64,000 nucleotides of DNA, taken from positions 8,603 to 72,602 of the forward strand of contig CANMWZ010000021.1 of the NCBI GenBank assembly GCA_947501605.1. Reading direction: 5' to 3'. The notes beneath the pieces are model-generated. The model searched no databases and was not told the DNA's origin. It was given only the letters and a program-made list of their open reading frames with translations. Positions 58,927 through 64,000 of this stretch are shown here, piece after piece. The number at the start of each line of letters is the position of its first letter. The stretch's first letter is position 1. The stretch is from Planctomycetota bacterium. Lineage in GTDB: Bacteria > Planctomycetota > UBA1135 > UBA2386. Position numbers and translations under genes: made by a program.

Positions 58927-59679
58927 TCAGGCTCGCCCGAACAGGACATTTCCGTAGAGCCGCCCGTCGTCGACACCGGCGAGGTCGATCTCGTGCACGA
59001 GCAATCCGAACGGGAGGAGGAACTCCACCAGCCTACGAATCTCGACATGTCGACGATCCTCAGGATCGAAGCCGAACTCCATCACCAGCGCCTTCAGGCG
59101 CGCATCCGCGAGCGTTTGGCGACCGCCGTCGAGGACGTTGCGATCGTTCCCCTCGGTGTCGATCTTGATGACCGTCGGGCACGTGGGCATCTGCGTGCGG
59201 ACGAAGTCGTCGAGTGTCGTCGCGTCGACCTCGACGGCTGTGGTAGCCCCCTCCGCGTCCGCCAACGCCAGCAACGAGCTGAGCAGGTTGTTGGCATGCG
59301 AATGCAAGGTCACCTTGCCGCCGTGAGCATGCATCGCGAGGTTGTGCACCACGATGCGGGCACTGCCGCCGACACGCTCGCGCAACAGCGCACACGTCCT
59401 CGGATCGGCCTCCACGGCGTGCACGACACTCGACGGGAACCGCTCGCTGAGGGAGCGCGACCAGGTCCCGACGTTGGCACCGATGTCGAGGATCGCCGCA
59501 GGCTCGGTCGCGGCGATCGCTCTCAGGAGATCGCTCCGGAGCAGTTTGGGCTCGGCGCCCTCCGCGTCAAACCGTTCGCGCAACCGCTGCAGCAAGAGGC
59601 GACTGTCGCGGCTGTCACGGGACTCCTCGCGCAACCCGCGCCAGCGCGCGCGCGACACGATCTTGAACGGGAGGCGCAT
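58927..59679 (-). CDS. FkbM-family methyltransferase
   Basis: LDIGANVG, TTLDDF, KIDTEG. Confidence 0.9.
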   Translation of the reverse strand: MRLPFKIVSRARWRGLREESRDSRDSRLLLQRLRERFDAEGAEPKLLRSDLLRAIAATEPAAILDIGANVGTWSRSLSERFPSSVVHAVEADPRTCALLRERVGGSARIVVHNLAMHAHGGKVTLHSHANNLLSSLLALADAEGATTAVEVDATTLDDFVRTQMPTCPTVIKIDTEGNDRNVLDGGRQTLADARLKALVMEFGFDPEDRRHVEIRRLVEFLLPFGLLVHEIDLAGVDDGRLYGNVLFGRA

Positions 59680-60515
59680 CAGCCAGCCCCTGACCGCCTG
59701 CGGTCGCGAGTCTCGATCATGAGCCCCATGTCACACCGCGCGGCCTGCTGCTGCGCGCGGTAGTAGGTCATGTCCGCGTTGCGGCGCCAGACGCCCGGAG
59801 CCGTGCGCGCCGGATCGATGTCGTGGCTGCAATGCAGGACCCAGTTGCGGTCCCACGCCGACACGCCGTAGAAGCCCGCGTTGCGCAGACGGTTGCGGAT
59901 GTCGGAGTCTTCTTTGGTGAAGCCGTCGAAGCGTTCGTCAAAGCCGTTCACCGCGCGCAGCGCCGACATCTTTGCCGCCCAGTTTCCGCCCAGGATCTTT
60001 GGCTTCCGCTGGCGCCCGACGAGGCCATAGAGCCGCTCCTTCCAATGCCGCCAGCGCAGCGCTCGCACCTCGTCGGCGGTGACATAGTCGTTGACGCTGC
60101 CCTGCCGGACCCGCTCGATCGCCAGAGACCGGGTGCGCGCGGCATCCATCAGCACATACCCCGCCGTCACGAAATCTGCACCGCGCTCCAGCAGGCCGAC
60201 GAAGGTCGCGGCCCAATCCGGCGGTGGGATGCAGTCGCCGTCCAGGAACAGCACGAGGTCACCGGTCGCTTGGCGCAGCGCGTTGTTGAGCGCCTTGGCC
60301 TTGCGAAAGCCCCGGTCTTCCTGCGTGGTGAACACCAGCGGGATGTTTGTACGCGAGCGCAGCGCGTCGACCAGAGCCTTGGTCTCGGGCGTCGAGCCGT
60401 CATCTGCAATCACGATCTGGTCGATCGCGTGCCGTTGGCACAGCACACCTTCGAAGACGAAGGTGAGCGCGTTCGGCTGGTTGTAGCTGGCGATGACGAG
60501 GGTGGTCGTCGACAT
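59679..60515 (-). CDS. Glycosyltransferase family 2 (galactosyltransferase-like C-terminus)
   Basis: ADDGS, EDRGFRKA, FLDGDC, VNGFDERF, EDSD. Confidence 0.92.
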   Translation of the reverse strand: MSTTTLVIASYNQPNALTFVFEGVLCQRHAIDQIVIADDGSTPETKALVDALRSRTNIPLVFTTQEDRGFRKAKALNNALRQATGDLVLFLDGDCIPPPDWAATFVGLLERGADFVTAGYVLMDAARTRSLAIERVRQGSVNDYVTADEVRALRWRHWKERLYGLVGRQRKPKILGGNWAAKMSALRAVNGFDERFDGFTKEDSDIRNRLRNAGFYGVSAWDRNWVLHCSHDIDPARTAPGVWRRNADMTYYRAQQQAARCDMGLMIETRDRRRSGAG

Positions 60516-61191
60516 GAATGCTCAGGGAGTGCGCGAACTGTCTCGCCGGTACACCAGACCAACCTGCAGCCAAGGGAACGGAACCGTCGCCCGGAGGACT
60601 CGCCGAGCGGCAAAGATGATGCACACCGATCGCACGCGACTCAACGGCGGCCTCGAAGTTGGTGATGAACTCCTGTCGACAGCAGAGCCGGTCGGACCGA
60701 TCCGACCATGCCGCACGTCCGCCCTCGCTCCCACCTACCTCGCAGCGCAACTGCGGCCACCAGACGAGGGGTTCTTGCCGAGTTGCCCATCTCGGATGCC
60801 CGCGGCGCCGTCGAGCAGTGGCTGGACGCGGCCCGTCCGGCACCGCGGCGACCCGGCCGCTACCGCGTTCGGGAGAGCTGGCGCTGTTTGCCACCAGCAA
60901 GAACGCCAACGCTGCGGCGCTGGGCGCGAGCACTCCAACCCCACCTGAATCCCACCTGAATCGCCGCCCGCCCCGACGGCGAGGACAACAGCCTGTCGCG
61001 CAACGGCTCCGTCGCCGAGGGCTCGGGAGCTGGTTTCCGATCCAGGAGTGCAAGCGCCGTCGAATCCGCAGATCCAACGCAGTTCGTGCGGCGCAGAGAT
61101 CCGACCGGCTCCCGCGCCCGCAGGCAGGATGCGCTCTGCAATAGGCTGACAAGGAGCCGTCGCTTTCATGCTCAGCGGCCTGCAGCGGTCC

Positions 61192-61656
61192 TCAATCCGC
61201 TGGCGCGTTGGCAGCCAACTGCATCGGCACGAAGGCAACGCCATCCATCTCGACCTTCGGTCCCGTTGCCACGAACCCGAATCGCTCGTAGACGGACACT
61301 GCATAGAGGGACGAGTTGACTGTGAATGACGGGGTGCCGGGTTCGGCGCGGTCGCGCATAGCGAGCCATAGCATCCGCGACAAACCACGGCGCTGAAACG
61401 CAGGCGCAATGAACAGGTGATAGACATGCCGGCCATCACGCAATGCCGCAACTCCGGCGAGCGCGTCGCCGTCGATGGCGACGAGGTAACAATACCTGGG
61501 ATCCGCGATGTAACCCGCGATCGCTGTCGGCGCGACCGTCGCGAAGAAGCGCTCGGCGCCTTTGCCACTAGGGTCGATGGTGCAGTGGTGCGACACGCTG
61601 GCGATCAGGGCACTGATGGCGGGGGCATCGGCGGTGGTTGCCTGCTGGAGGATCAT
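61192..61656 (-). CDS. GNAT N-acetyltransferase
   Basis: LFIAPAFQRRGLS, TVNSSLYAVSVYERFGF. Confidence 0.9.
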   Translation of the reverse strand: MILQQATTADAPAISALIASVSHHCTIDPSGKGAERFFATVAPTAIAGYIADPRYCYLVAIDGDALAGVAALRDGRHVYHLFIAPAFQRRGLSRMLWLAMRDRAEPGTPSFTVNSSLYAVSVYERFGFVATGPKVEMDGVAFVPMQLAANAPAD

Positions 61657-61862
61657 GGGCGAGCCGCACCTCGGATCATTGCGTTGACGGGGTTTCAGAA
61701 AGCGCCAGCGCGTGCAACTGAACCACGGCGGCCGAAGGCAGGAGTCTACTCCGAACGGAGGCTGGGGAGGCTGTTGCGAGCCTGCGCCGCAGCCTCGGTC
61801 GTCGAAGCCCCTCGCAGCCGCTGGTGCTTTGGCAAACCACTCCTACCATCCCGCAGCACTCC

Positions 61863-63497
61863 GTGTCCGATTCCCTCCTCTTTGCCGCCATCGGCGGCGC
61901 GCTCGGCCTCGGCTGGTATCTGCTGCGAAGGCGACCGCGCCCGGCAGCATCCAGCGCGATTGCGCCTGCACCCGCGGCACCGCCGTCGATCTATGAGCAG
62001 ATCCTGGCGCGACTGCAGGCGGCTCCCACCGAACCACTGAAGCCCGAATCGATCACGACGGATGACCCGCCTCCGGACGGCGACGTTCGCTTTGCCCCGG
62101 GCGCGATGGACGCGCTGTTCGGCAAGCGTGAGGGCAATGCAAGGTGGGACGAAGTGCTCGCGGCCTTGCGCTCGCTGCGCGCCGTCAGCACGAGCGACTG
62201 GAAGTCGCTCGAAGCGGTCACGGCCGAGATCCCAGCCAGCGGTTGCGTGGACGACCTGCTCGAAGCGCTCGAGCCGCGCGATCTGACCCCGCAGGTTCGT
62301 GCGATCTGCTGGCAGCTCGCGCGGCAGAGCCGGCGCGCCGAAGCGGTCAAATGGGGCCTCGCGATCGGCAGCATTGGCATGGAAGAGGAGGTAGCAGAGA
62401 CGCTGCTGACTCTCGCCGCGCACGCGGAGTTCACGCTCTATGCCGCGCACGCGCTGTATCGCGAAGGGTCGCGCGAGCCGCGTTATCGCCAGCACCTCGT
62501 CGACTTGTTGCCACGCGCACGGCAATGGGGCGTCGTTCGCCTGATCGACTACATCGTCCTCGATGACGCGCTGATCGCGGACCCGGAGGTGCAGCGCCAG
62601 GTGCTGGTGCACGGGATGCACAACAACGACGGCATCCCCATGGAGGTCGCCTTCACGATCGCCAAGGCCGTCGATCTCCGCCGGCTGCTGACTCGGAGCC
62701 TGGACGACCCACGGCTGTTCACCGCCGTCGTCGACCTGATGGCCACGCTGCTGGACGAACCGAGCCCACTCGGCGGCTTGCGCGATCTCGACGGCTGGGA
62801 AGGGATCTGGCACGCCTGGCTCGCGCTGCTGCACAAGCTGCCGCCCGGAACGCGGGTGCTCTGGTCGCTGCACATGCTCGCCAACTTTCTCGACGACGAG
62901 GCCAACGACTGGGAACGCAAGGCGTCCGAGCGTGAGCACGTGGCGGAGATGCTGGGGGCGAAGTTCACTGCCGGCGCGCTGCGCTCTGGCGTGCGCGATG
63001 CCGACGAACGCTGGATGGCACTGCGGTTGGTCGAGCACTACGAAGTGCGCGAACTGCTGCCCGATGTGCGGGCGACGCATACGCAGAATCCTGACTGCCA
63101 GACCATCGACGTGCTCGGTCGCCTCGGCGCCACGCTCGAACTCGAGACCTTGCGCCAATCGATCCCGCGCCTCGTCGACCTTGCAGCGCGCGCCAAAATG
63201 CCGTTCTCGACCACCAACGTGCACGGCCGCGAGCACCGCGGCGGGACGGAGTACGGCCGCATCGTCCGCTGGCTCGGTCGCCTCGCGACGCCCGGTGCCG
63301 TGGCCTCGATTCGCACGGCGCTCGGCGACTACGACCCACACGTGCGGAGCTCGGCGTGCGAAGCTGTGGCCGAACTGCCGATCGGTGCGATCGACGCCTC
63401 GATCGTGGCACTCATCAAGCAGCGCCTGAACGACGAGCCGGACTACGTGGCGGAGGCCGCGAGCAAGGCCGCCGACGCCCACGGGATCGAGGAGTAG
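61863..63497 (+). CDS. HEAT/ARM-repeat protein with N-terminal membrane anchor
   Basis: GTG start; TM helix; all-helical with ALGDYDPHVRSSACEAV and LNDEPDYVAEAA HEAT units. Confidence 0.72.
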   Translation: MSDSLLFAAIGGALGLGWYLLRRRPRPAASSAIAPAPAAPPSIYEQILARLQAAPTEPLKPESITTDDPPPDGDVRFAPGAMDALFGKREGNARWDEVLAALRSLRAVSTSDWKSLEAVTAEIPASGCVDDLLEALEPRDLTPQVRAICWQLARQSRRAEAVKWGLAIGSIGMEEEVAETLLTLAAHAEFTLYAAHALYREGSREPRYRQHLVDLLPRARQWGVVRLIDYIVLDDALIADPEVQRQVLVHGMHNNDGIPMEVAFTIAKAVDLRRLLTRSLDDPRLFTAVVDLMATLLDEPSPLGGLRDLDGWEGIWHAWLALLHKLPPGTRVLWSLHMLANFLDDEANDWERKASEREHVAEMLGAKFTAGALRSGVRDADERWMALRLVEHYEVRELLPDVRATHTQNPDCQTIDVLGRLGATLELETLRQSIPRLVDLAARAKMPFSTTNVHGREHRGGTEYGRIVRWLGRLATPGAVASIRTALGDYDPHVRSSACEAVAELPIGAIDASIVALIKQRLNDEPDYVAEAASKAADAHGIEE

Positions 63498-63753
63498 CGC
63501 CCCGGCCACACGCGCTGCGATGCGCGCTCGTTGGTCAGCGCAACCGCGCTTGGCGATCCTCGGTCATCGGCGGCCAAGCAGCGGAGCGTTCGGTCTCAGC
63601 CCTACAGGTCGCGCAGCTCCGACTTGGCACCGACGGCAGCCATCGCCGCGAGGATCCGCGTCGTTGGTGGCGGATCGCGCTGCTTTTGGGTTCACGCGAT
63701 GACTGCTTGTGGCGGCGGCGGCGGGGTTGGCGTTGGCCTAGCGTCTTTGCCGC

Positions 63754-64000
63754 TCAGCCGCGAGCCGCGTGCGAGGGCGTCGAATCTCGCGGTTGCTTTG
63801 GTCGCGGCTCGTCGGCTGCTGCGGCTTGTTGGGCGGCGCGATAACTGTACCAGGCCAACCCGAAGACGGCGCCGACAAGCCCGAAGGTCACTCCAACGAT
63901 CGTCAGTAGCTGTTGCACATCGTCGACCAGGAACAGCATGACCAACATGCATGCCAAGACCCCTTTCCCAACAGCGAGCCAGGTCTTTGGTTTGATTGCG
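63754..64000 (-). CDS. Hypothetical membrane protein, probably 5'-truncated by window edge
   Basis: Open frame to window end with two hydrophobic segments. Confidence 0.4.
   Translation of the reverse strand, partial: AIKPKTWLAVGKGVLACMLVMLFLVDDVQQLLTIVGVTFGLVGAVFGLAWYSYRAAQQAAAADEPRPKQPRDSTPSHAARG

Noticed and set aside
60940..60961. Tandem 11-mer CCCACCTGAAT x2
   Set aside because: Only two copies with no spacer; not CRISPR-like.
60516..61191. ~680-bp gap as possible ncRNA or small gene
   Set aside because: No recognisable RNA motif or credible ORF by eye; an Rfam search would be needed.

Overview
GC-rich bacterial DNA. Gene content (ECF sigma factor fused to carboxypeptidase-regulatory-like repeats, DUF1570 proteins, choice-of-anchor-B-like protein) suggests an uncultured Planctomycetota lineage; this is inference. 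About 48 CDS. The flanks are housekeeping or accessory genes: a dipeptide epimerase/DUF1611 pair, pepP, tag, an AlkZ-like glycosylase, an M1 peptidase, a GH63-like hydrolase, a pseudouridine synthase, an acyl-CoA ligase, an orphan DNA methyltransferase, topA, nadA and GT2/FkbM genes. The centre (~29.4-47.9 kb) is a multiheme cytochrome locus with about 46 heme-binding motifs counted by eye in six proteins. It encodes an OmcE-like tetraheme (candidate nanowire subunit), a 12-heme protein with an OmcE-like N-terminal module, a 5-heme lipoprotein, a 15-heme periplasmic cytochrome, a concatemer of eight class I (c4/c553-like) domains and a diheme CcP-fold protein lacking catalytic segments. It also encodes an outer-membrane beta-barrel, two NHL beta-propeller lipoproteins, a parvulin chaperone, a redoxin-TPR protein and a fused CcsBA heme lyase with a non-canonical WWD motif. 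The locus lies in a ~22 kb block bracketed by an imperfect direct repeat made of pseudouridine-synthase and ligase 5' sequence, which suggests insertion. Two 1-bp frameshifts are visible (GGCT-like gene, DUF4160). No rRNA, tRNA, CRISPR array, integrase or transposase was recognised. All family calls come from motifs read by eye, with no database searches.
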